A DNA stretch of 63,918 nt, filler included, from Octopus bimaculoides (GCF_001194135.2; 5 parts of 5 records of this genome joined end to end with filler, not necessarily neighbours in it); one strand, 5' to 3'; positions 1-13,795 are shown, counted from the first letter of the whole stretch. Numbers and translations: made by a program. Notes: generated by a model from the letters alone, not told the origin.

Positions 1-3000
1 ATATATATATATATATATACATTGATTGTTGGAACTCTGTTCAGTATTTCGTTAAACCACACACAATCATCGTTAACTTGCCTCTCTTTGAACTTTTTTG
101 CACTAGACTTCAATTACTATGTTGCTTGGACGTCTTTTCACACGCACAAACACACTCATAAGTTTTTAAATGGATATTGTAGTTCGCCTGGATAATAATA
201 ATTCTATGATTTAATACATCGTCGAGCTTTTTATAGTAGTCATCGTTTTCATAGACGGTATACATCGGTTGGATAATATATATATATATGGGAGAATATA
301 CAAATAATAACAACAGACGAGGNNNNNNNNNNGTGTTTGTGTGTGTGTGTGTATTGAGCTGTCAGATAAATTCACGTGTTTCTTCACCTATTGTAACCCT
401 TTCCCATGTTATTTAAATTAATGTGTAAAATATTAATCATAGTGTTCTATGTTTTTTACGTAAACCTATCTTCCCCTACAACAATGTTTTTATCGTTCTT
501 TAAATTCAAATAAATAGTACCTCTTTCGAAGCATATAAAGAAAGAAGAAGAAAAAAACAGCACGGAACGAAATTTTTTCTGACACTCCAATAATATTTCA
601 TGTGGAAGAACAAAAAAACAATAACAACAGAATTCTCAAGGTTATAACAGTTTTGATTATACTGTTCGATGGTGGCTGACCTGAGGCTCAAGAACAACAA
701 CAACGACATGAATACTAAGAATTATGAACGGTTTCTCTTACGCTCCAGTCATTTCTACAACTGGTCTTTCAAGAAATTAGTATCACACTGAAGAGAAAAT
801 AGATTTAGGAAAAGAAGTTTCATTTATGAAGAGATTAGTTTGCTTGGTTGTAACTGTATAGATCTATAATTGAATTTACAACTAAAATATATAAATGTGT
901 TTCTTTAAACCACTTCAGGGGTAAACAACTAACCGCTATGTGATAAATGTATGTGTAACGAATAAACAACCATATATGTATCTGTTAGATATATATATAT
1001 ATATATATANNNNNNNNNNNNNNNNNNNNNNNNNNNNNNNNNNNNNNNNNNNNNNNNNNNNNNNNNNNNNNNNNNNNNNNNNNNNNNNNNNNNNNNNNNN
1101 NNNNNNNNNNNNNNNNNNNNNNNNNNNNNNNNNNNNNNNNNNNNNNNNNNNNNNNNNNNNNNNNNNNNNNNNNNNNNNNNNNNNNNNNNNNNNNNNNNNN
1201 NNNNNNNNNNNNNNNNNNNNNNNNNNNNNNNNNNNNNNNNNNNNNNNNNNNNNNNNNNNNNNNNNNNNNNNNNNNNNNNNNNNNNNNNNNNNNNNNNNNN
1301 NNNNNNNNNNNNNNNNNNNNNNNNNNNNNNNNNNNNNNNNNNNNNNNNNNNNNNNNNNNNNNNNNNNNNNNNNNNNNNNNNNNNNNNNNNNNNNNNNNNN
1401 NNNNNNNNNNNNNNNNNNNNNNNNNNNNNNNNNNNNNNNNNNNNNNNNNNNNNNNNNNNNNNNNNNNNNNNNNNNNNNNNNNNNNNNNNNNNNNNNNNNN
1501 NNNNNNNNNNNNNNNNNNNNNNNNNNNNNNNNNNNNNNNNNNNNNNNNNNNNNNNNNNNNNNNNNNNNNNNNNNNNNNNNNNNNNNNNNNNNNNNNNNNN
1601 NNNNNNNNNNNNNNNNNNNNNNNNNNNNNNNNNNNNNNNNNNNNNNNNNNNNNNNNNNNNNNNNNNNNNNNNNNNNNNNNNNNNNNNNNNNNNNNNNNNN
1701 NNNNNNNNNNNNNNNNNNNNNNNNNNNNNNNNNNNNNNNNNNNNNNNNNNNNNNNNNNNNNNNNNNNNNNNNNNNNNNNNNNNNNNNNNNNNNNNNNNNN
1801 NNNNNNNNNNATATATATATATATATATATATAAAGGCAAATATAAAATGGAGATACAATTAATTGATAACAATTGATTTCCATGAATTATGATTTATTA
1901 ATTAATTACAAAAGTACAGAATCTCGACTTACAGCTGTTTCAGCTGCCATGGTTCTTTGCTCTAGTAATGATAGTGATCATTGTAGGGGGTTAGTAATAA
2001 CAAATTGAATCACGAAACATCATCAGAGCAGTAAAATAAAATATAAGTAAACAGAAAAATAAGAAAGTAAGGACGGTTATAACCAATTTGTGCTAGCCGC
2101 TGACCATCTGTGAATCTTTCGACCGATTGGAAATTATAAATAGGATAAGGGGGAGTTACAATATCCATTGGTATAGTCCTATATACGGGATGGGGGAAGG
2201 CGTGGAATAGATATATAAAATAAGCAATAAAGTAAAATCGAACAATAAAGTGTAAAAATGTAAGATAATAATAATTAGAAATAATGTAGGTTAAAGCACT
2301 AAGTAATAACAGCTTGCTATAATGTACTATAGTTGATATCGTATGCATTATATCAATTATTATATGAAGGAAGTATACTTGGAATAACCCCTGGTCTGGA
2401 GTAGGACCAGACCGGAACGTTGAATGATACCATTGGTCAGTTGGTATTCAAAAACAAAAGGCTGTCCATCAGGCAACCGTTGATTATTGTGGTCATATTG
2501 TAACCAATGTATTGATGCTAGAAGGGGCCAAGAGTTCGTTTAAGTTATTGGGTTATAGAAGGATAACCGTTGAAATGAACACAAAATTTACAGTGTAGGG
2601 GAGGTAACTAGTTATCAATGGGTAATTTGAATGGTTGTGTGTGTATTGCACTATTTGTCAAGGGTGCGTATAGCAACTGCTGAATTAATTTAATTTAATT
2701 TAATTTAATTTAATATATGGGGCGTACCATAGATTGGCGAGCTGTATTGTTACATATCCTGATAAACCTGTACAATAAAATATTCCTATATATAAACATG
2801 TAAGTCGAGATTCTGTCTTTTTGTAGCTAATTAATAAATGATAATTGATGGAAATCAATTGCTGTGAATTAATTGCATTTCCATTTTCTATTTGCCTTGG
2901 GATATTGATAAACTCCACTTTATTTTTGTCATTACCTATTATTTATAATGATCAACAACAATGCTCATTATTAAATATAGGTAATACACCAGTTGAATCT

Positions 3001-3269
3001 AACTATAGTTAGATTCAACAGACTTCAGCTACGTTCCTCCTGTATTCTTGGGATATTCTTTTATTTATAAAACTATGTTTCATCTGATGATTGCGGTTTT
3101 TTATAATGGAATAATGTTTCCATACTACTATTAAAAAATGTGTGACAAATAGCTGTAATGAGCTGACAGTTATCCATCGTCTGTTATTATTCATTTGATT
3201 ATATACATACACACACAGATATATTTATGTATGTATGTATATGTATACACATATATATCTTCTATAATT

Positions 3270-3532
3270 TACTCATTTCAGTCATTGAACTGCAGTTATG
3301 CCGAAGCATCGCCCTATAGGGTTCAATATAATTTGGCCTCGGTATTTATTTCTTTAAATCCTAGTACTTATACTATCGATACTCATTTGCCGAACAACTA
3401 AACTACACGGATATAAACAAACCAAGTCTACTCACAAGCTTTCGGTCGGCCCGAGCTATACTAGTGCCGTGCAATAGGTTTGAACCCAGAACCCTGTGTT
3501 TCGAAAGCAAACTTCTTATCACACAGCTACGC
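3270..3532 (-). mobile_element. Degenerate tRNA-derived SINE, family A
   Basis: Reverse-complement similarity to the full copy at 53372-53800 (actcacaagctttcggtcggcccgagctata; tttgaacccagaacc; cttatcacacagc). Confidence 0.75.
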
Positions 3533-4039
3533 GTATATATACATATATTTTGACAGTATTTTGAATGTTGCTTTCCTATTGATAGCCCAGAAACAGTTGT
3601 ACGACATCCAATAATTAGATAATTTATTCATTAATTAACTAATTAATTAATTACTACAAATTCACCGTTCTTTAATTAAATATTCTGAATGTCTTGAGAA
3701 ATTCATCCTGCCTTGGTTTTGCTGTCCTTTTACCTGTAATATATATCTGCTAACTCGAAAGTCTACTACGGATCACTAGCTCCAGCCTCAGCTGTGACCT
3801 TGAAACCTAACAGATAACCTTTTATAGCACTTACGCTTACACGCACATATGTACAAAGACAGAGAGTGAGAGAGAGAAAAGAAACTGGCTAATATCTATG
3901 GGTACTGACCGCGTTAAATGAGAAACAAGTAGAGAACTTCGAAATATGAAGCAGAATGTCAGTTTGATTTAGATACAGGTAACAAAATTGCGAACGAAAG
4001 TAAAGGATATAAAAAACTGATTGGAAAAAAAAAAGTACC

Positions 4040-4600
4040 AGGAAACATGAAAACGAACACAAGCAGAAAACATTTAGAATACCACTGGGATTCCATCAGT
4101 TCTAAGTTGATTAAATTGAGCTACGGTGAAACACTGCGACACCAATGCATAATCTGATGTGTCATACTATCTAAATATATTTTGTAGATAAGCAATAGTT
4201 TCTACGAGATAATAAAATATATATATTTCTAATTAAATTCCAAATCAAATTAACTCGAAGTGAATAAAGATTGTTTATGATATAAATTAAGCAGGGAATA
4301 AATTATAACGCGGTCTTAGATAATAAAAAAAATATAGAACTCTTATTATAGGAATAGTCAAGAGATACAAATAAATTTCGGTTGATACCATGAGAGCTCT
4401 GAGAATAGAAAAATATATTCGTAGGACGAAGCTAAAAATTATATATAAAATATATTAATATAAGAAAATTTACGATGAAATTATATAAGCCAACTAGATT
4501 ATTCCAGAAAATTTGAGGAAATTATGAGGATTATTTGTAAGATTTGTTGTCTTGTAAAAAAAGAAACAACTGAGGTTGCATGTATAGATATATCTGAAAA
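4040..4600 (+). pseudogene. Possible highly decayed PLE C-terminal (GIY-YIG) region
   Basis: Only faint translated resemblance (KLIKLSYG; HESS..RK..NYI) across stops and frameshifts. Confidence 0.2.
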
Positions 4601-4613
4601 ACACGAATATGGC

Positions 4614-4676
<63 letters not shown>

Positions 4677-6099
4677 AGGCACCGCTATGAAGAATAAATA
4701 TTTGTAAGTATTTGATAGAATAAACTAATTAAAATCAAATGCAATAATAGAATTAGACATGTTGCAGCGTAAATCACTTAATCGCTACGTAGTATACCAT
4801 TATCTAAGGTAACATATATGTGATCAACCTCACAGGTAATGTAGAGATGCTGATTAAGAGACGATACAGTGATACCAAGAGGTGGGGTGATATAGTTCAC
4901 TTTACAATATTAAGCGGAAAATAATTACTTCTACCTTAGGCTAGTGTTCAAAGACAATAATAATTGCATATTCGAGAAAATGAAATGCGACACAAAAAGA
5001 CATAGAATTCTCTAGAAATTAATTAGTAGTTGATGTGAGCGTTCGACATTAATTGTAATAGTAGATACGAGAAAATTAGAATTCTTTACAATAAATGCAA
5101 TAAACAGTTGTCGAGAGGGTGGTTGCCGTCGAGGTAGTCGTAGCTGGTGTTACTATTGCTGCGTTTGTATTAGTGAATGACAGAAGTATTTCTCGGGCGC
5201 TGTGAAGAATTAACTAACAACACATTCGCGAACAATTAACAGAAGATTTTATAATTGCACATAGTGTTTGTTTTCTGTGTTGATCTTTTACGAATACTAA
5301 CAGCTAATTACTGCGAGAGACATACTTTTCAGGATTTACGACAAGCTAACTGATATAGCGATTTGAAAGACAAACTTTTCAGAACCTCATCATATGACAG
5401 TTATATAACCGAGATTGTTGATAGCATTTACACTTTTTTTATCCACCTTTTGTTAACGAATTCAAAATAAATCTGCGCTCGCTTTAGTGACGTGCGAGAA
5501 ATTTACCGTTTTAACCAATATGGATTTCAATATTATAAGATTCAAGATTTTATTATTCTTTTCTTAGAATGTTTTGCCTGGGGATATTTGCCTTCACACT
5601 GATTTTAGCCCCTTCTATCAATGCAGTAAGATTCATTTCCTCCAAGCAAATACATAACAAAGAAATTCACAAGCTGACTGCCACACAGTTTGATTGATAA
5701 CAATTTAACCACCAAAGAGATAATGCTAAACTCAAATTCAAGATACAACTATATCGATCACGAATACATATTCCCACGGTATTCTTTTGTTTTGGTTACA
5801 CTGTAGAATCAAATTTACCATTTCTTTCTTAAAATTATAGACGACGGAATCGACGGTGTAACACGTATTTCGTTTTTATTTATCTAGATATTCTGCCCTC
5901 ATCCGTAATTTCTTGGCCGAGTTGTCAATCAAACTAACACAACCGTTCTATTTTCAACTTTGCAGCTTGCTTCTCTCATGTAAATGGATTGATATGCACT
6001 TTTAGCTATTCACTTCGTCTTTGACTCCTGATCATCCTATTCATTTATTTTCTCTTGTTCATCATCTTACTGTTCTTATTGCTGTTCATGTTGTTAGTT

Positions 6100-6170
6100 T
6101 TCTTCTTCTTCTTCTTCTTCTTCTTCTTCTTCTTCTTCTTCTTCTTCTTCTTCTTCTTCTCTTTCTTCTA

Positions 6171-6242
<72 letters not shown>

Positions 6243-6379
6243 TAGTTTTATTTTCATAACGTGCTTTTACTTCAATACCGAGCTGCCTTGGGTATGTGCT
6301 GTGGTTTTCTGTGATGCTCTTATGGTTACTGTACTGAAAGTGTTTTGCCTAGGATTATTATTATTATTATTATCATTAC

Positions 6380-6440
<61 letters not shown>
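6100..6440. repeat. (CTT)n and (ATT)n microsatellites enclosing a ~115-bp segment (6240-6352), probably a minus-strand retroposon 3' UTR ending in (AAT)n
   Basis: Microsatellites read directly. The 3' UTR assignment is inferred from the adjacent (AAT)n tail. Confidence 0.7.
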
Positions 6441-6441
<1 letters not shown>

Positions 6442-6599
6442 GTGGCTACCTATATCTTCATCTGGTAAACTGACTTGGAACAACAGTGTGCCATGTAAGT
6501 ATGTATGTATGTTCTCTTCTTATTTTTAATTCAGTGTAAATTTTGACCCGCCACCAAATTGGTAGAAATTTTTTGTTCATCATCCTTTAAATCTTAAGA

Positions 6600-6730
6600 A
6601 TGTCTTTTATCGACGCCTAAAGTACGAAATGCAAAATCGACCCCATCGGATTTTGAAATCAGAACGTAATGACCGACAAAATGTCGCTAAGCATTTTATC
6701 TGGCGTGCTAACGATTTTGCCTGCTTTCCA
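6600..6730 (-). mobile_element. Degenerate SINE family B
   Basis: gctaagcattttatctggcgtgctaacgattttgcc matches the reverse-complemented family B head seen at 8250-8288. Confidence 0.7.
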
Positions 6731-6734
6731 CTCC

Positions 6735-7460
6735 TCCAATAATTCCCAAAGAAGTCGCAACCTCCAGGAATTGTAGTCTCGACCGTAAATCCTTCCGATG
6801 TTGAGCTGGAATTAGAAAACATCGACAAATGCCCCAACAATGACAAGTCGTAACATCAACATCAACTACAACTAGAGAATAAGAAAAAAAACAGAAACCA
6901 GCCAATGGCCCGAGTTTATTTAGGATGAAGATCTCCTTGCGATGGTTATCCCCACGCATTATGGCCTAAAATCCTTCTGCCACGGCACTACTTGGAGTGA
7001 CATGCGAGGTTCGGAAGATTGATTGGAATGGAATGCCGCTAGACTAATGCCATTAGAGTTGTACCTTTCTAATCGGTCCGTCTGGCATTGTCCTCTCCTG
7101 CTAGGATCAATTGTTGAGTTCGAAGATCTAGCTTCGTTCACTTAATACACCGTAGAGGGTCTTAATTTGGAGTGGCGAGGGACAAGGACAGCGCTCCTGT
7201 GCCCTTGCTTGAACAGATCTTGTTTTTACTTCTGATGGGTACCCTCACACCCTCCTACAAGATCCAGGAATCTGAACCCAGAGGGGAGCCGGTTTAGTCG
7301 CCAACGACCCGACCATGACTGAGAGGAGCAAAAGTACATGATTATCCGTTGTCTCCAGGAAGAGATCTCAGCCTCCATATACATTAACTTTCTACAATAT
7401 ATTACTGATATCATATTGTTCCAACTCGTTCCTGACAACCGAAGAAAGCCGACACACTAG
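6735..7460 (-). pseudogene. Decayed L1/Tx1-like LINE RT fragment
   Basis: GC-richer island. Minus-strand translation gives the expected order PDG, DFRP, GAFVD, SEGF, QFLEVA, resembling early RT motifs (PGPDG, NFRPI, LDQSKAFDRVDH). Many disablements. Confidence 0.4.
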
Positions 7461-7915
7461 ACCTTAATACTTAATGATTTTGATAAGGTTTATGTCACAC
7501 TGATAATCGGTCGACTATTTAACATGGCGACACAAAGACGCCTGAATAGAAATTAATTAATTGTTAATGAATGCAGTTTTTATTTTTATCAAAGGATAGT
7601 TAAATTAAGTAGGATGCAAACGCGACTTGGTGTCTTGAGTTTTAACTAATACTTTTCAATAATATTTTCTAAATTTTATAATTGAGCCTCAGGTATAGAA
7701 ACGGTCTTTATTTTTATGTTTAATTGAAATACAATTGGAGATTTTTCAACAGAATCTAAAGAAAAACTTTCGTTCTTCATTAGTTTCTTGAAAATGTAAA
7801 AATATTTTGAACATCATGTGTAGTTTCTGCAATGAATGTATGTATACATGTTCGTGCTCATATACTGAAGTATGCATATTTACATACGGATATCTGTGTG
7901 TTTGTGTGCGTGTGT

Positions 7916-8288
7916 GGCTAAACAAAGAGGGACAAACAAGGACAGACAAAGGGATTAAGTCGATTACATCGACCCCAGTGTTTCACTGGTACTTGATTTA
8001 TCGTCCCCCTAAAGGATGAAGGCAAAGTCGACCTCGGCGGAATTTGAACTCAGAACGTAACGGCAGACGAAATACCTATTTCTTTACTGCCCACAAGGGG
8101 CTACACACAGAGGGGACAAACAAGGACAGACAAACGGATTAAGTCGATTATATCGACCCCAGTGCGTAACTGGTACTTAATTTATCGACCCCGAAAGGAT
8201 GAAAGGCAAAGTCGACCTCGGCGGAATTTGAACTCAGAACGCAGTGGCAGACGAAATACCGCTAAGCATTTCGCCCGGCGTGCTAACG
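7916..8288 (-). mobile_element. Two tandem young SINE family B copies (7916-8076 truncated; 8077-8288)
   Basis: Near-identical ~160-bp units. B-box-like GAGTTCAAATTCC on the minus strand. Confidence 0.9.
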
Positions 8289-8650
8289 CACACGCACACG
8301 CACACGCACACGCACACGCACACGCACACGCACACGCACACGCACACGCACACGCACACGCACACGCACACGTCTGTGTTTGCATGCATGAGTGTGTGTT
8401 TATGCGTCTGTGTGTGTGTGTGTGTGTGTGTGTGTTTGTGTATATGTGTGCGTGCGTGTATGTGCACTTGTGCACGTGTGTGTGTGCTTGTAGTGCGTGT
8501 GTATCTGCGTGTGTGTGTGTGTGTGCATGTATGCTGCTTGTGTGAGTGACTGGGCGCGTGCATGTGTGCGCGCGTACAAATGTGTGTATGTGTGCGCGCA
8601 TTTGCAGTTTCATGTGTGTGCTTGTGTGTGTGTGTGTGTGTGTGAGTGTG
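8287..8650. repeat. (CGCACA)n hexamer (~14 units, 8287-8372) followed by degenerate (TG)n
   Basis: Read directly. Confidence 0.95.
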
Positions 8651-9524
8651 TCCTATTTTCTGAAACGTCCAACGTTTCTGATAGCAACACTATACCGACT
8701 CAGATGTAAGCCAATGCGAAATCGACCACTTAAAAACATTTCTTAGCAATTCCTAATGTCAACGGTAATTAATGTGTTAATGAAACTTGACTGGTTCAAA
8801 ACATCAATTATTCATTCTTACTCATTCTTTAAACATTTTCTCGTTTTCTACCATATTTTTTTTTTTTTCGTAATCATATTATTTTCTTTTTCATGAAAGT
8901 AATAGGTTTGAGACGTCTGCAAATATGTCCGTTTGAATTCAAAACAGGAAAAAAATAACATTCAAGATAATTAAAAACAAAAACAAACACAAGATGGGTT
9001 ATTGATATTTGGTTAGCCTGGTTAGGCAGTTGTTAACCATATTTAAACCAAGTTTATTTAATGTTTTCGATGAAACTATTTACATAAAAATTCAAACGAT
9101 TTGACAAGACTAAAACGTATGCCAGAAGTGTCTAGACAAATATATCTCACTAGAGGCATGGCTGCATCCTAGCTAAAAGAGATGACTTTATTTTCATGTT
9201 GTGTGAGACGGGGAAAACTCTGTATTCATTTAAGAAGAAACTACTATACATTTCTTTAAATCAGGGGCCGGGCAAAGACCAAGAATCCCGTCTTCTCACG
9301 GACCTCACTCACCTCTGCACTGATTGTTCCGTGCTTCGAAATTTCTGTACGATGTCAAACGTTCGAACAATTGCAGGTGAAATACTATTGCTCAGAATTC
9401 AGGGCAACTCACCTGATATGCTATGGATCTCACGCGGTTTCAAATCTAAAGCCCGCTACAGATGATACACGAATGCTATTATCTTCATCGTAATAACTAC
9501 GACGATGATGAGGATGATGATAAC

Positions 9525-9581
<57 letters not shown>

Positions 9582-9596
9582 TATTATTATTATTAG

Positions 9597-9890
9597 GCTT
9601 GAAAGTGTCAACTGCTGAACCTGCTTGCATGGGAACCAAACCATCCAGCGTGCAATAATTCAGTGTCAGCGCATTAGGGAGTTGTGGTTTTGTGTGGAAT
9701 TCGTCTGTTCGCCGAGTGTATGGTGAAGATAGACTCACCACCTTCCCTTAGGAGAGAAGAAAGGCAGGTCTTACACTTCTTAGTGGCTGTGGCAAAAGCG
9801 GTTGTGCGGTGGACTCATCTGAAAGGTTTGAAGACAGGTACATTCCTAATTCATAATTTCTTTTCAGACAGAAGTACAATTCGGGATTTA
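9597..9890 (+). pseudogene. L1/Tx1-like LINE ORF2 C-terminal fragment (zinc-knuckle region)
   Basis: Translation NQTIQRAIIQCQRIRELWFCVE, then GIRLFAECMVKIDSPPSLRREERQVLHFLVAVAKAVVRWTHLKGLKTGTFL. Resembles the ETxxH..C..LW region of L1-clade ORF2. Confidence 0.6.
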
Positions 9891-10481
9891 TAAAGACGCA
9901 CGTATAATATTAGGTCTTTGTGTCCTTTCCTAAAAGCCTGATCGACTTGAGGATCGAACCCTAGATGATTATCTTCGTAGCTGCTGTCATCATTCGTTTG
10001 TTTGTCTATATTCATGTTGTGATTGTTTTATTGCTCAAAGAATTACACTTTCCCAAACGGAAAAATATTTTTTTGGAAGGGAGAGAGTGTTTCATCCTCA
10101 ATGTTGGGAGTTTTCTTCGACTACGACCACACAATATGATATGTTGCCAACAAACAAAGAAATTCAAATGGCACCCAACCAAAATCGAAAATTCAATAAA
10201 AAGCTTTCTTCTCCAAAGCGGAAAAATAAAAGAAACACACACACACGCACACACACACACACACACACATACGCACACACACACACACAAAGAGCTCTTA
10301 TCACCTTCATAATGTTCGTAAACACAAACACACGACAAAGAAAAATCATCCATTTGAGTTTATTACTGCAACGAAGACATCATCAAAAGCAATTTTAACG
10401 ACGTGTTACTTCACCTTTCTTGAAGCAAAATTCAATGATAATAACAATAACAACAACAACAATGATAATATTTTTTTTTTC

Positions 10482-10980
10482 TTTTAGGTATAACTGAATG
10501 GTTAAGAAGCTAGCTTTTCACCCATGCATTTCCGGGTTCAGTCCCTCTGCGCGGACTTCAGGTAAGTTCCTTCTACAATATATCCAGGTCTTCGGCCCTA
10601 GGCTATAGTAGAAGACACTTGCCTAAGGTGCCACGCAGTGGGACTGAACCCGGAACCATGTGGTTGGTTAGCAAGCTACTTACCACACAGCCCCTCCTGT
10701 GCCTATGTATACATATATATGTATATATATAATGCATATATGTCTATTGGCATGTATATGTCGATGTGTGTATACGCGTGTGTTTGCATGAAATAGTTGA
10801 TATATGTTTGTATTTATCTCTTCACTGCTTTACAATCATTGTTGGTTCGTGTACGCCCCTGTAACTTAGAGGATCGGCACAAGAGACCGTTGGAACAAGT
10901 AGCAGATTTCCGGTAAGTACTTTAGCTGATTTGTCCGACTCACCCTACCAGGTCGTGCTCCTGCATGGTTGCAGTCGCCG
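10482..10980. mobile_element. Old plus-strand SINE A interrupted by a younger minus-strand SINE A 5' part (~10590-10703)
   Basis: Forward head (ccgggttcagtccc), then reverse head (gggactgaacccggaaccatgtgg...cttaccacacagcc), then the forward body resumes (gtaacttagaggatcggcacaagagaccg). Confidence 0.8.
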
Positions 10981-11614
10981 TACAAAAGCGCTTTGTTCTT
11001 GTCTAAAATGTCTTTCATTATAGGTCTCCTACATCATGGTTTCTTAAACAACCATATAACATGAACGATAACAAAGACTGCAACAGCATCAATAATTTCT
11101 GCTTAGATCGAATGTCATATTTCCTAAATCAGTATCAATAATTTTTGTTTTCTCATGTGATTGATTACATTGGAGACAAATTGTCGACTTAGCAGAACCA
11201 TATGGATTATTCTTAACCCAAACTTAATCCAGGATGTCCAGAGAGATCAAAGGTAGTGAAACGACAAACCTCAGATGACAGATCATTAATCACAAGTCAG
11301 CCTTAAAATATGAATAAAATATGAAGACCATCAACAGATTGATAGGAAATATCGTCTGCCAGTTAATTAAATATTTTTCATCGATTCATTGGGAAATTTT
11401 ATCATCTGTCACGGTGATTTCTTTGAAGTGTTTTCAATGAGAGCTGGAACGAATTCTAAGAAACATGTGCGATGTGACGGCATACATTTATTTCTCAATG
11501 TCAATATTTTGAATTAAACAATAACGAAAATGTATTGCTGTTACTGCTGCTGCCGTTATTGTTGTTGTTGTTGTTCGCTGGTCTAATCTAATCCAGCTTA
11601 TCTAGGATAAAAAA

Positions 11615-11998
11615 ATGAAGAATAGCACATTGCCGGCGGTTAGTAGTACACTGCCGGCATATCCTGAAACGTCATCGGTGAGAATTGTACCGCCGACGGA
11701 GGACACTGTGGCCCCTCCCAGTGTGACGAAGGATGATTTTGTGATCTTCTTTCATATGGGAGGGGCCGTACAGACCTTTCTGACGAAGCTAGATGGCCGG
11801 AGGGAGGGGGTCCTGTCCTGGACTAAAAACCCGGATTGGCCTCCGCAGGTAACTGCGGAGGTCATAACGGAGGAAGAAATGTTCAGGGTAATGGACTCCT
11901 TTCCCAAGCACCAATATAGGTTTGTCATTCGGAGCCCCGACTTGGAACTGCAGGAGGACCTACGGGAGGCATACAGTCTGTTCGTAGAGGAAAGATAA
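11615..11998 (+). mobile_element. 127-aa GC-rich ORF, probably an ORF1 fragment of an L1/Tx1-like LINE
   Basis: Open ATG-to-TAA frame with distinctly higher GC. After the stop comes agaggcctaggt (RGLG), reminiscent of the NVRGL start of APE endonucleases. The assignment is inference. Confidence 0.4.
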
Positions 11999-12526
11999 GA
12001 GGCCTAGGTGACTGCAATCGCATGATTGAATCAAGTAAGAGCTAAAAGAATTTCCGTGGCGTATATCGTTTTTATTGTTCTTGTCTGTTTTGTTTCCTTT
12101 TGTTTAAGCTGTAAATCAATACCCGCCATGACCATCCCATTTATTCACACAATGTATATCTATAACTACACTATACAAGATGTCCTTCCATCCATTTCAC
12201 GTTTTTTGAAATGTTGTGGTATAATTTAAAAAAGATTTCGCTGCGGTTCACAAGAGAGTGATAAACCACACGGTTTTATGTCATTTTGAAGTACATTTAG
12301 TTGCTAATTCTGTCAAATCAAACAACCACGTAGACACTCCTCCGTTCATGGTAAATTTATAGAAACAGAATGCGGCAAGTAAAAAAAAATAATCATAGAA
12401 ACTCGTTTCATTTACACAATAAATTGTCATTTCAAATTTATATCAGACGCATCAACGCTGAATTCTAAATTACGTAAACCCCTTGACGTGAGTGATACAG
12501 CATATATTTGATGTGATTTGTCAAGT

Positions 12527-12527
12527 G

Positions 12528-12612
<85 letters not shown>

Positions 12613-12630
12613 CAGCAGCAGCAGCTGCAG
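12527..12630. repeat. Compound (GCA)n(GTA)n(GCA)n microsatellite
   Basis: Read directly. Confidence 0.95.
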
Positions 12631-13111
12631 TAGTGCGATATAATATGTAATCTAAAAATGTCTGCAGAAATAATCTTAATACATCCATTACGGCAAAAAG
12701 ACAAACGTGATACTTGTCTTACTCGTGATTTTTCAAGGATGTATGCACGTTTGTATGTGTTTGAATGTGCTTGTATGTATGTATGTATGTATGTATGTAT
12801 GTATGTACGTACGTACGTACGTATGTATGTATGTATGTATGTATGTATGCATGTATGCATGTTTATAAATATATACATACATACATACGNNNNNNNNNNN
12901 NNNNNNNNNNNNNNNNNNNNNNNNNNNNNNNNNNNNNNNNNNNNNNNNNNNNNNNNNNNNNNNNNNNNNNNNNNNNNNNNNNNNNNNNNNNNNNNNNNNN
13001 NNNNNNNNNNNNNNNNNNNNNNNNNNNNNNNNNNNNNNNNNNNNNNNNNNNNNNNNNNNNNNNNNNNNNNNNNNNNNNNNNNNNNNNNNNNNNNNNNNNN
13101 NNNNNNNNNNN

Positions 13112-13145
13112 GGAACATGAAACTCCGAGTAACAGCTTTTTGTTA
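13112..13145 (+). ncRNA. 3' half of a minimal hammerhead motif (5' half lost in gap)
   Basis: ggaacat GAA ACTC-C-GAGT A acag, followed by the same tail (ttgttatatttctgctgcttttaaata) as the 16862-16941 copy. Confidence 0.6.
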
Positions 13146-13160
13146 TATTTCTGCTGCTTT

Positions 13161-13238
<78 letters not shown>

Positions 13239-13607
13239 CGTACATACATACATACATACATACATACATACATACGTACGTACATGTGTACTTGTATACA
13301 AACATCTATGCATATCAATAGATCAATGTAAAAAAAATGTGAGCAAGAATTCACCAAAAATTTCCTGTATTCTATGCAAAATGATATGAAGAATTTATTT
13401 TTTATATTGTTATAAAACTAGTTGGGAGGAATGGCTTATACGCCTAGATACAAAGACGTCTCAGAATTAATAGTCATGTCGGCATTCTTTGCCACGATTC
13501 GCTTATCACATTCTTCAAACTATTTAGAAATGCTAAGCGAAACATAAATAGCTGCTTGTGTGTGTGTGTGTGTGTGCGTGGGGGAGGGGTGTGTGTGTGT
13601 GTGTGTG

Positions 13608-13707
13608 NNNNNNNNNNNNNNNNNNNNNNNNNNNNNNNNNNNNNNNNNNNNTTAATTAATTAANNNNNNNNNNNNNNNNNNNNNNNNNNNNNNNNNNNNN
13701 NNNNNNN
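13608..13707. other. Assembly placeholder 44N-TTAATTAATTAA-44N (also 22881-22980, 45920-46019, 58651-58750)
   Basis: Identical 100-bp structure four times; the 12-mer places stop codons in all six frames. Confidence 0.95.
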
Positions 13708-13727
13708 GTTGCTGATCCCTTAATTAC

Positions 13728-13795
<68 letters not shown>

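Noticed and set aside
13652-13663. TTAATTAATTAA recurring four times (also 22925, 45964, 58695)
   Set aside because: Always centred in 44N+12+44N; a scaffolding placeholder, not a biological motif.
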